DNA of 64,000 nucleotides from Candidatus Gottesmanbacteria bacterium (GTDB lineage Bacteria; Patescibacteriota; Microgenomatia; JAMCYU01): NCBI GenBank assembly GCA_043801155.1, contig JAZDMI010000011.1, positions 27,439 to 91,438 of the forward strand, read 5' to 3'. Shown piece by piece: positions 38,759 to 47,014 of this stretch (position 1 is its first letter; each line of letters starts with the position of its first letter). The notes under the pieces were generated by a model. It saw only the letters and a program-made list of their open reading frames with translations, ran no database searches and was not told where the DNA came from. The position numbers and the translations under genes were made by a program.

Positions 38759-40182
38759 TTATCGCTCTTTATTTTATAACCAGACTTATTTTTCTAACCT
38801 CATTACCAATATTTAATGATGAGTCAATTTATCTTCATTGGGCTTTAATCATGCGTGACACCGGTGAAAAATTTTATTCAGTGGCTTTTGATGGCAAACA
38901 ACCAATGATTATGTGGCTGTATGGAGTAGCGCTGTGGTTAGTAGATAACCCATTAGTTGTGGGCAGATTAGTATCAGTTATTTTTGGATTTTTCACACTT
39001 TTGGGAATTTATTTTCTAGCTAAATCGATCGGTAATAGAAACCTAGCTCTGATATCGTCATCGTTTTATATCTTCTGTCCGATATGTGTATTTTTTGATC
39101 GAATGGCTTTGATGGACGGACCGATCACTAGTATTAATATTTGGACACTATTTTTAACCGAAAAAATTATTAACACGAAAAATAAGTATATTTTCTCTTT
39201 GTTATTAGGTTTAATTTTCGGACTTGGATTCTGGATTAAATCGTCGATTTTGATAACAATACTGATTATTCTTTTATGGCTAATAAAAGCCTATCTGAAT
39301 AAAAAGAATATTTATATAATAAATTCAATTATATTGATTATTATAACGGCATTATTAGCCTTAATCCCGCTGATTGTTCAACCATCATTTAACCTGATTT
39401 TCCAAAAAAATCAGGAATTTATTTTATCAGTTAACCAAATTCTAAAGTTTCCCTGGCAAATTTGGTTAAATAATTTAATGAACCTCGGTTTAATTCTAAC
39501 CGGATATGTATCACCGTTAATCCTAATCTTTTTATTTATTTTTCTCTTAAAAAAGAGTGAATTAAAGAATTGGCGTTTTTTATTTGTTTATCTAGTTAGT
39601 TCCATGTTCTTACTAATTATTTCTTCTAAAGATATCAATTCCCGATATAGTTTATTTATTATTCCCGAGCTTTTGATTTTAATATCAATTTTAATGGCTA
39701 AATATAAATGGATAAGGCCATTTATTTTTATACCGTCAATAATCCTAAGCATTATTCTGATAATTACTCCAATAAGATTTTTTAGTCTTTTTCCGTCGTT
39801 TGGCAGTTTTGCCTCGGATAAATATCAATATATAAACGGTTGGCCTTCCGGTTATGGGATTAACGAAGCTATTAATCTCTTAAATAATACTTCCCGTAAG
39901 CGTCAGATAATCATCGGTGTCAGACCTGATAGCGGTAATCCGGAAGATGCAATCTGGACTTATTATTGGCAAGATAAACAGGCAATGGTTACTTATTTTA
40001 GATCGGACACAGAATATTGGCAGAATCTTAAAGAATATTCGCAGCTATTCGATATCTATTTTATAAGTCGGGACGATCAGTTATTAGGTCAGGAAAGAGT
40101 ATTGTCCGAAATTATTCGTTTTCCCAAACCTAATAGTAAAAGTTATATCGGAGTTTATAAAATTAATTTATCAAAGCTTTAA
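38743..40182 (+). CDS. GT-C fold membrane glycosyltransferase (ArnT/PMT-like)
   Basis: 479 aa with about 11 TM helices and an N-terminal loop D-E-x motif (FNDESIYLHWAL) resembling GT39/GT83. Confidence 0.6.
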   Translation: MAFFIIIALYFITRLIFLTSLPIFNDESIYLHWALIMRDTGEKFYSVAFDGKQPMIMWLYGVALWLVDNPLVVGRLVSVIFGFFTLLGIYFLAKSIGNRNLALISSSFYIFCPICVFFDRMALMDGPITSINIWTLFLTEKIINTKNKYIFSLLLGLIFGLGFWIKSSILITILIILLWLIKAYLNKKNIYIINSIILIIITALLALIPLIVQPSFNLIFQKNQEFILSVNQILKFPWQIWLNNLMNLGLILTGYVSPLILIFLFIFLLKKSELKNWRFLFVYLVSSMFLLIISSKDINSRYSLFIIPELLILISILMAKYKWIRPFIFIPSIILSIILIITPIRFFSLFPSFGSFASDKYQYINGWPSGYGINEAINLLNNTSRKRQIIIGVRPDSGNPEDAIWTYYWQDKQAMVTYFRSDTEYWQNLKEYSQLFDIYFISRDDQLLGQERVLSEIIRFPKPNSKSYIGVYKINLSKL

Positions 40183-40183
40183 A

Positions 40184-41281
40184 ATGAAAAAGATATTATA
40201 TATTTCATTTATTTTAATATCGATAATAAGCTTTCTTTTTTCATTAACGAAAATAATTAATTCGATTGCACCGGATTTTAGTGTTTTTTATTACGGAGCA
40301 AAAGATTTAATATTGGGAAGTAATCCATATCAAAATGATAAGTTATTTACCGGAATTAATTATCCACCACTAACCTTACTATTTTATATGCCATTAACAT
40401 TATTATCATACAACTTCGCGCAATTTATTTGGTTAATGATTACTTTAATATGCTTACTAGGATCAATTTTTTTATCACTCAAAATTTTAAAAATTAAGAT
40501 TACTATAAAATATTTTTTATTAGTTTTATCACTATCGGTACTAGCGTTCCCGATAAAATTTACCTTTGGTATGGGTCAAAGTAATATCCTTGCTTTGTTT
40601 TTACTGCTTCTGTCTTTTTATAATTGGAAAAAAGATAAAAATATTATTGGCGGAATAATGTTAGGAATTTGTATATCGATAAAACCAATTTTAGGTTTTT
40701 TTCTGCTTTTCTTTGTAATTTATAAAGCTAAAAAATTAATTATTATTTCTTTACTAACATTGTCATTTTTTATTATGATATCGATTGTTTATCGGGGTAT
40801 AGACTTATATCAATATTATATATGGCAAATTATCCCGCCCCTGTTAAATCCTGGAGGCCGTGAGGTTTATTATAATCAAGGTCTGATGGCTTTTATCAGT
40901 AGGCATGTATTAATTCCCACCATACGAATTAGCCTTAATTTTTTTGCTTCACTATTACTTATAACAATTTCATTAATAGGAATATATAAAAATAATAAGA
41001 GTAATATAGCCTTTGCAATTTTTTTCCCAATGGTTCTTTTGTTAGATACTCTTTCTTGGCAACATCATTTTGTTTGGCTTCTTTTTCCTTTTATTATTAT
41101 TTATAACTATATTATAAAGATGCAAAATAATTCTTTAAAATATATTTTGTTATTTGCCTATATACTGGTGGCGATAAACTTTAAACAACCTACTTTTTTT
41201 TGGTCACATGTCTTTCTGGGGACTATAATAATATGGATACTGAATATTTATTTATTGAAGAGAAGCGATGATCCTACTTAA
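40184..41281 (+). CDS. Polytopic membrane protein, GT-C-like (DUF2029/GT87-type)
   Basis: 365 aa, 9-10 TM helices. Confidence 0.45.
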   Translation: MKKILYISFILISIISFLFSLTKIINSIAPDFSVFYYGAKDLILGSNPYQNDKLFTGINYPPLTLLFYMPLTLLSYNFAQFIWLMITLICLLGSIFLSLKILKIKITIKYFLLVLSLSVLAFPIKFTFGMGQSNILALFLLLLSFYNWKKDKNIIGGIMLGICISIKPILGFFLLFFVIYKAKKLIIISLLTLSFFIMISIVYRGIDLYQYYIWQIIPPLLNPGGREVYYNQGLMAFISRHVLIPTIRISLNFFASLLLITISLIGIYKNNKSNIAFAIFFPMVLLLDTLSWQHHFVWLLFPFIIIYNYIIKMQNNSLKYILLFAYILVAINFKQPTFFWSHVFLGTIIIWILNIYLLKRSDDPT

Positions 41282-42482
41282 GATATTCTATATATTAATC
41301 CTAATAATTTTTCCATTTGGCCAATTAACTAAACTACCTCTGGGAATAAGTGAAATTAATATTTATTTCCAAGACATTATTTTAGGTATTTTAGTCATTA
41401 GTTGGATAATTTGGCATCTTATTACAAGACGACCTCTGTTGAAAACACCCATAACTAAACCAATTATTCTATTTATCATTGTTGCAATTTTCTCTTTAAT
41501 TACTAATTTTCTACGGTTTTCTCAAAAGGAAATGATCATTGCGAGTTTATATCTGGTAAGGTGGGGTATATTTACAAGTATTTATTTTATTACTTTTGAG
41601 ATGGTCAATTTTCATTTTATTGATCAGTCAAAAATTAAATGGATGCTAATATACGTTGGTACCACGACTGCTATTTTTGGTCTTGGACAATATATTTTAT
41701 ACCCCAATTTACGTAATCTTTTTTATCTCGGGTGGGATCCTCATTATTTCCGTGTTTTTGGAACTTTTTTTGATCCCGGATTCATCGGTGTAATTATTAT
41801 TTTAACGATAATATTGCTAATGGATTGTATAACTAAGATCACTATCCATGAACAATTTTATCGAAATGCTTGCTTCTTGCTACTTACTATTTGCTACGTT
41901 GTTCTAGCTTTAACCTATTCGCGAAGTTGCTATCTGGCTTTTATTACAGGGATGGGAGTTATTTCATGGTTTAAAAGAAATCCAAAAATTATCTTGACAG
42001 CAATGCTGATAATTATAACCACAATTATTGTTTTACCAAGACCAGCAGGCAGCGAAGGTGTGAAACTTGAAAGAGGAGAAACAATTTGGGGACGTTTACA
42101 AAACTGGAAACAATCAATAATCATCTTTAAAAACAATCCCTTGTTAGGCGTGGGTTTTAATACTTATCGGTATGTGCAAAAAAACTATGGTTATATCAAT
42201 CAAGAAGATTGGCAAACATCTCATTCCGGAGCCGGAGCAGATTCTAGTCTCCTTTTCATTCTAGCCACTACCGGTATATGTGGTTTGATATCTTATTTAT
42301 TACTTATATATTATATATTAATATATCATATACGAAATGTCACGGTAATTAGCAGTATCGTTGTTGTCCTAGTCAGTTCGTGGTTTGCGAATAGCCTATT
42401 TTATCCATGGATAATGTTATGGATGTGGATATTAATAGGAATTCAAGTCAAAAGTACCGTATCTAGAAGTATTCGTAAGTAA
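41268..42482 (+). CDS. O-antigen ligase/polymerase-like (Wzy_C) membrane protein
   Basis: 404 aa polytopic protein with a central loop YSRSCYLAFITG...R typical of the Wzy_C family. Confidence 0.55.
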   Translation: MILLKIFYILILIIFPFGQLTKLPLGISEINIYFQDIILGILVISWIIWHLITRRPLLKTPITKPIILFIIVAIFSLITNFLRFSQKEMIIASLYLVRWGIFTSIYFITFEMVNFHFIDQSKIKWMLIYVGTTTAIFGLGQYILYPNLRNLFYLGWDPHYFRVFGTFFDPGFIGVIIILTIILLMDCITKITIHEQFYRNACFLLLTICYVVLALTYSRSCYLAFITGMGVISWFKRNPKIILTAMLIIITTIIVLPRPAGSEGVKLERGETIWGRLQNWKQSIIIFKNNPLLGVGFNTYRYVQKNYGYINQEDWQTSHSGAGADSSLLFILATTGICGLISYLLLIYYILIYHIRNVTVISSIVVVLVSSWFANSLFYPWIMLWMWILIGIQVKSTVSRSIRK

Positions 42483-42501
42483 TATAAAAGTTTTCTAATA
42501 A

Positions 42502-43217
42502 TTAAGGAGAATAAGTCACTTTCTTCTCAATAGTTGTTTGATTGCCGGCAATATCAGTAACTTCTATTTTTAAAATATTTTCACCTTCGTTTAGAGGCAA
42601 TGAGAATGAGAAAGAGCCGTCACTTTGTAAGATTACCAATCGGCCATTGATATATATTGTACTGCCAATTTCAGTTTGTCCACTAACTTTTACAGATTTA
42701 TTTTCATCATTAAAATTTTGCCCATCTTCAGGTTCAGAAATCTTAACTTCGGGAGGTTTATTCTTATATAAGACTTTTAATGGATTACTTGGCTGACTGG
42801 TATTTCCCAGAGTATCCTTAGACCGGGCAGTAATTTTATTTTCACCTTCGCGTAGAGTAACATTAGGTATAATAAATTGGCCATCGCTACCAATAAGAAA
42901 AGCTTTTAAAGTTTTTCCATTTAAAAATACCTCAATTGTCGTTCCGGACTTTGCATAACCGCTGATAGTAACATTAGCGCTGTTTGTGGCCGTGTAGGAA
43001 GCTTCAAGCCTGGGCGGATATGGTGCGGTCGTATCTTGTACGGTAACTTCGCCGTTACTCTTTAAATTCCCAATAAAAATACTTAACCTCATTAAACCGG
43101 GTATGCCTAAAAAGATGGCTAGAAAAATAATCGTTATCGTTATAAAGATAGTAAAAAAAAGCCTTCGGTAGGCATTCTTTTCTTCGAAACGATTTAATCT
43201 GGATGAATAGTTTTTCA
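42502..43217 (-). CDS. Membrane-anchored protein with Ig-like/BIG repeats
   Basis: The start is reassigned to the ATG at 43217 (MKNYSS...), because the longer ORF would run into tRNA-Thr. N-terminal TM segment, then two beta-sandwich-like repeats. Confidence 0.5.
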
Positions 43218-43219
43218 TG

Positions 43220-43291
43220 AGCCGTCTCTCGGATTTGAACCGAGGACCCACGCTTTACGAAAGCGTTGCTCTACCACTGAGCTAAGACGGC
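43220..43291 (-). tRNA. tRNA-Thr (anticodon CGT)
   Basis: Reverse complement folds as acceptor gccgtct/agacggc, D-arm gctcagtggtagagc, anticodon stem acgct/agcgt with loop ttCGTaa, and T-arm ctcgg-ttcaaat-ccgag. Confidence 0.8.
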
Positions 43292-43298
43292 ACTTCGT

Positions 43299-43344
43299 TT
43301 CGCTCAGTGCAAGCACTTTAATTCGCTCAGTGCAAGCACTTTAA
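43299..43344. repeat. Perfect tandem duplication of a 23-nt unit (ttcgctcagtgcaagcactttaa) directly upstream of tRNA-Thr
   Basis: The two units at 43299-43321 and 43322-43344 are identical. Each contains the palindrome agtgc-aa-gcact. Confidence 0.8.
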
Positions 43345-43420
43345 TTAGGGTGAATTATCCTCATTTTAACAAAGAAGATTAAAAAAAGCCAGAAAAAACT
43401 ATAAAAAATATATAAAATTT

Positions 43421-43792
43421 TTAAAAATCTTCAGCACTATAAATATCTTCTTTATTAGTTATTCTATGAATTCTTTTGAGTTTATCTAAATCATCTATGG
43501 GGGTATCAATTATTTCTCCTTGTAATTGTTCAACCTCTAAAATTCCCTCTCCCGGATCAAAGCGGGTAATTTTCCAATCTTCCGGAGAAGTCTGAATCGA
43601 CAATCGACTGGTCATATTTGTTCCGAGAACTGCGGCTGTATGACCAATATAATCAAATAAAGTATACTTATCAAAAAATGTAAAATCAGGTGTAAAACTT
43701 CCTAAATTTTTTATAGTAACCAGTAATGGCCCTTTATATTGGGTCATGATATCGATTGATTTTTTACCAAGATCCTGTTGTTTTTCTGTCAT
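43421..43792 (-). CDS. Hypothetical protein (123 aa)
   Basis: Clean ORF 9 nt downstream of the inositol monophosphatase gene on the same strand. Confidence 0.45.
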   Translation of the reverse strand: MTEKQQDLGKKSIDIMTQYKGPLLVTIKNLGSFTPDFTFFDKYTLFDYIGHTAAVLGTNMTSRLSIQTSPEDWKITRFDPGEGILEVEQLQGEIIDTPIDDLDKLKRIHRITNKEDIYSAEDF

Positions 43793-43801
43793 TTTAATAT
43801 T

Positions 43802-44653
43802 TTAAGACTTATGCATTTGTTGGCTGCCATTTGTTAGTAGATCGATTATTTTGTCATGGAATATACCGTTTGTTGCTAATATGTCAGACTGAAATACATC
43901 CCACTTTAGTCCGGTCGGTGAGGTAATTTTTCCCCCAGCTTTTTCAATTAATAAAGATATAGCAGCAACATCCCATGGTTTTAATCCTGAATGAATATAA
44001 ACATCTATTCTACCGTCTGCTAAGCTTGCAAGATCAGAAACAGCACTTCCCATAGCTTTTATTTGTCTTACGTAAGTGCTGATATTACCAAGCCAACGGA
44101 CAACGTTCAATCTTTTCTCAATATCCCATGCCCAATCGCAACCAACAACTGACTCTCTAAGATTATTGGTAGTTGAGACGTGAATAATTTCGTCATTGAG
44201 AAAAGCGCCTTCTTTATCCGCCTGAGTCCAATAAGTATCACCAGTCATAGGAATATGTACAACGCCCAACTTTGTTACTCCCTTATCAACAAGTCCAATG
44301 GAAATTGCATAATTGGAATGTTTACGAGAAAAGTTGGTTGTGCCGTCTAATGGATCAATAACCCACAAATCGTTCGCATCTCTCAATAGGGAGTAATCGG
44401 GTGGTGCAGTTTCTTCAGTTAAAAAATTTGTTTGAAAATACTGCTTTTTTATTTGCTCCCGTAGAAACGAATCTACTTCTTCATCAACTTGTGTTGTAAA
44501 GTCTACTCCTCCCTTATTTCTTTGTGTAAAATCTCCGGATGAAAAATACCTTTTCAGAATTTTTCCAGCTTGTGGAACAAGACTAACAAGAAATTTTCTT
44601 GCTTCTGTTAAATCAATTGATTCATTCATTTTTAATTTCCTTTCTTTGCTCAT
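43802..44653 (-). CDS. Inositol monophosphatase family protein (SuhB/CysQ-like)
   Basis: WVIDPLDGTTNF and WDVAAISLL motifs. Confidence 0.85.
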   Translation of the reverse strand: MSKERKLKMNESIDLTEARKFLVSLVPQAGKILKRYFSSGDFTQRNKGGVDFTTQVDEEVDSFLREQIKKQYFQTNFLTEETAPPDYSLLRDANDLWVIDPLDGTTNFSRKHSNYAISIGLVDKGVTKLGVVHIPMTGDTYWTQADKEGAFLNDEIIHVSTTNNLRESVVGCDWAWDIEKRLNVVRWLGNISTYVRQIKAMGSAVSDLASLADGRIDVYIHSGLKPWDVAAISLLIEKAGGKITSPTGLKWDVFQSDILATNGIFHDKIIDLLTNGSQQMHKS

Positions 44654-44703
44654 AATCTAATCTTTTATTATTTTGTATAAATTTCTGTAGATAATTATTA
44701 ATC

Positions 44704-44772
44704 AGAGCTGGGGACGGTACTCAGCTCGAACTCGCCTCGCTTCGCGGTCGAAGCGGGCCTCTTCCCGTTATG
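44704..44772. repeat. GC-rich structured intergenic element (copy C of the mini-element family)
   Basis: Two hairpins, gagctg-N11-cagctc and cgcttcg-cggt-cgaagcg. Shares the gcttcgc...gcgggc core with the inserts at 38198 and 52403. Confidence 0.5.
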
Positions 44773-44874
44773 GCTTTTTGAAAACTTATTCCGTCTAATA
44801 ACTCCTGACTTAATTTTAAAACTCAATTTGTTAAAAAGTCGAATGTGTATAAAAAGCTTTAGAGAACTTTTGGA

Positions 44875-45750
44875 TTAAGATATTGAGCCTTTCATTACTC
44901 CTCTGTTTGGATTTAAGTTAATCTCTCCATCTTTAGTGTCGATCGTGATAGGCATATCGGGTGACATCATTCCAAAAGTGTCAACGAGTTTACCTAAACC
45001 TTCTGCCCTTAATGAACCTGCATGTAATTTAAGAGCATTTTGACAATCTATAAACTTAAAGACCGCGGTTTGGTCCGCTCTTTTGCGGACAGAGGTGAGT
45101 TTGATAGGGAAAACACTCGCTCCGACTAGTTTCGCAAGCACTAATTGCTCAACATCACTACCGAAATTTGTACTTTTGCCATGTTCTGCAAATAACTCAG
45201 CTAGTTTTCTCGTATAGACTCTTAGTCCCGTTGTTGGATCTACGATTTGAGGATAGCCAAGTTCTGCGCAAAATTTCTGTTGTAGAGCAAAAATTACTGT
45301 TCTATGTTGGTCAAGAAAACCTTTTTTTCGTAAAGCGTCATCTCTTTCACCTAAAACCATGGCTGGAGAATCTCCTCCAATAGAATTCTTAACTAAAACT
45401 TGTAAAAGCTTTTGTGCTTGTTGAGGATTTGGATCACCGTCAAAATCAGATTGAATAAAATACTGAGCTTGCGGGTTATTTTCAAGAGCAGCTTTAAGTC
45501 CTTCCCTTACTGCTCCGGCTTTACCTAAATGCCTCTCTGGTTTTATTGTGCATACAACATCTCTAATATTAACTGCGCCGCGTAGGGTATCACCATCGTC
45601 TACTAATGTTACTTCGTGATTCCTTCCCAAATAGGCCAGAGAGTGAAGAGATTGAGAAGCAAGTAAGGCAAAGTCATTGGGAGATAGCTCTGAATCTGCG
45701 TAAAAAGCCATCACCGCGCTAGCATCTCTTCTTTCAATGTTGGTACTCAT
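44875..45750 (-). CDS. Divergent GT2-like glycosyltransferase (tentative), GC-elevated
   Basis: 291 aa. N-terminal AVMAFYADSE...TLVDDGDT resembles the GT2 VxIPxYNE...DDGSTD motifs, and QSDFDGD is a possible DxD. About 40-42% GC. Confidence 0.35.
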   Translation of the reverse strand: MSTNIERRDASAVMAFYADSELSPNDFALLASQSLHSLAYLGRNHEVTLVDDGDTLRGAVNIRDVVCTIKPERHLGKAGAVREGLKAALENNPQAQYFIQSDFDGDPNPQQAQKLLQVLVKNSIGGDSPAMVLGERDDALRKKGFLDQHRTVIFALQQKFCAELGYPQIVDPTTGLRVYTRKLAELFAEHGKSTNFGSDVEQLVLAKLVGASVFPIKLTSVRKRADQTAVFKFIDCQNALKLHAGSLRAEGLGKLVDTFGMMSPDMPITIDTKDGEINLNPNRGVMKGSIS

Positions 45751-45798
45751 GATGATTTATGTAATTTTGTGTACATTTATGTTTATTTCTGTCACATA

Positions 45799-45873
45799 TG
45801 GAGCGGGTGATGGGAATCGAACCCACTGTCTTCTCCTTGGGAAGGAGACATTTTACCGGTAAACTACACCCGC
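45799..45873 (-). tRNA. tRNA-Gly (anticodon CCC), CCA encoded
   Basis: Reverse complement gcgggtg-ta-gttt...tctcc-ttCCCaa-ggaga...gtggg-ttcgatt-cccat-cacccgc-t-cca. Confidence 0.8.
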
Positions 45874-45900
45874 ACTGTAAAATTTAACGATTTTACAGTG
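45873..45900. promoter_or_regulatory. 28-bp palindrome CACTGTAAAAT-ttaacg-ATTTTACAGTG abutting the tRNA-Gly 5' end
   Basis: Perfect 11-bp arms. A second copy lies at 46794-46821. Confidence 0.6.
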
Positions 45901-46027
45901 TAAACACTTCACCAGACTGCGTCTCAAAATAACTATATCTATTTTATCACAACAAAGAAATCTGAAGAATTTTCAGAGTTAAATATTTTTTAAAACGAGA
46001 AAACAAAAATGTTGAATCTACCGATAT

Positions 46028-46585
46028 TTATCTTGGCAATATTAGGACATTACCAGCATTAATTACATCAGGATTTTCCAGCTTATTAGCTTGAGCAATT
46101 TGCGACCACTTATAACCATCACCATAAGCCCTGACAGCAATATTCCAAAGATCGTCACCTTCAACAACAGTATAATTATCTTTGGTAATTGATGATGCAA
46201 CTAATTCATCTTCTACTAATCCTGTTTCTGGAAGAATTGGTTCAGCTTTGGGAATTGTCAATACCTGACCGACTTCTAAATAATCAGGACTTGAGAGATT
46301 ATTTTCTGTGGCAATGTCTACCCAATTAAATCCACTCTTAAAATATTTTTCCGATATTGTCCAAAGACTTTCTCCCTCGGTAACCGTATGGGTAGTCGGT
46401 AATGATTCGGTTGCAGATTGTTCTTGCTGCGTTTGATTTTCTCCAGTCGTTAGAGAACCAGGTTTACCACGACCGGTGAAAAAATTAAAAAGAAGAATTC
46501 CAATTACAATAACAACCAATAATCCCAAAGTCATGGAGATGTATGATTCTGAGAATTTCAAGTTTTTTAAAAACTTTTTCCACAT
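46028..46585 (-). CDS. LysM-domain peptidoglycan-binding protein (TM plus two LysM repeats)
   Basis: Two LysM motifs: TEGESLWTISEKY...GQVLTIP and VEGDDLWNIAVRAY...GNVLILP. Confidence 0.8.
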   Translation of the reverse strand: MWKKFLKNLKFSESYISMTLGLLVVIVIGILLFNFFTGRGKPGSLTTGENQTQQEQSATESLPTTHTVTEGESLWTISEKYFKSGFNWVDIATENNLSSPDYLEVGQVLTIPKAEPILPETGLVEDELVASSITKDNYTVVEGDDLWNIAVRAYGDGYKWSQIAQANKLENPDVINAGNVLILPR

Positions 46586-46686
46586 TTGTCCTCCTTTCTA
46601 AGCAGTAGTTAAGATATTATTGGGCAGAGGTTTCGTTATAAGATTTTAGTTAGCTCGCCTTCGTTAAAGCCTCAGCGAGGTATGAG

Positions 46687-46759
46687 CGGACCCGGCCGGA
46701 TTCGAACCGGTGATCTCTTCCTTGACAGGGAAGTGTGTTAACCGCTACACCACGGGTCC
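46687..46759 (-). tRNA. tRNA-Asp (anticodon GTC)
   Basis: Reverse complement (g)ggacccg-tg-gtgt...acac-a-cttcc-ctGTCaa-ggaag...accgg-ttcgaat-ccggc-cgggtcc-g, with discriminator G. Confidence 0.7.
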
Positions 46760-46793
46760 CATATGGGACGGAAACTAGCGTTTCCTTCCTTTA

Positions 46794-46821
46794 CACTGTA
46801 AAATTAATCGATTTTACAGTG
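46794..46821. promoter_or_regulatory. Second copy of the 28-bp palindrome (CACTGTAAAAT-taatcg-ATTTTACAGTG), 34 nt upstream of tRNA-Asp
   Basis: Arms identical to the copy at 45873-45900. Only the central hexamer differs. Confidence 0.6.
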
Positions 46822-46845
46822 CTAGCGATCCTTCCTGCATTGTAT

Positions 46846-46880
46846 TCGCAAGGGGGCACTCTCAGCGCAACCCTTTGCGA
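46846..46880. repeat. GC-rich hairpin element (copy D): tcgcaaggggg-N15-ccctttgcga
   Basis: Imperfect 10-bp stem that shares ttcgcaagg with the insert at 38198. Confidence 0.4.
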
Positions 46881-47014
46881 GATCATATTCTGATCGGAAA
46901 CGCTTTTTCTATCAAACAATTATTAGAGATATTATCAATTAATTGATAGTAAGTCAATTATTTGTTATTATAACTATTAATACCCACAAAAAAGCAAATA
47001 TAGCTTTAATTTTA

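Noticed and set aside
43218-43251. Upstream extension of the Ig-like protein ORF
   Set aside because: It would overlap the tRNA-Thr gene. The internal ATG at 43217 is used instead.
43299-43344. Possible CRISPR array
   Set aside because: Only two directly abutting 23-nt units are present, with no spacers. No cas genes are nearby.
45873-45900. LexA/SOS box (CTGT...ACAG)
   Set aside because: The CTGT and ACAG elements are 16 nt apart rather than the 8 nt of the E. coli LexA box, and no lexA or recA context is present.
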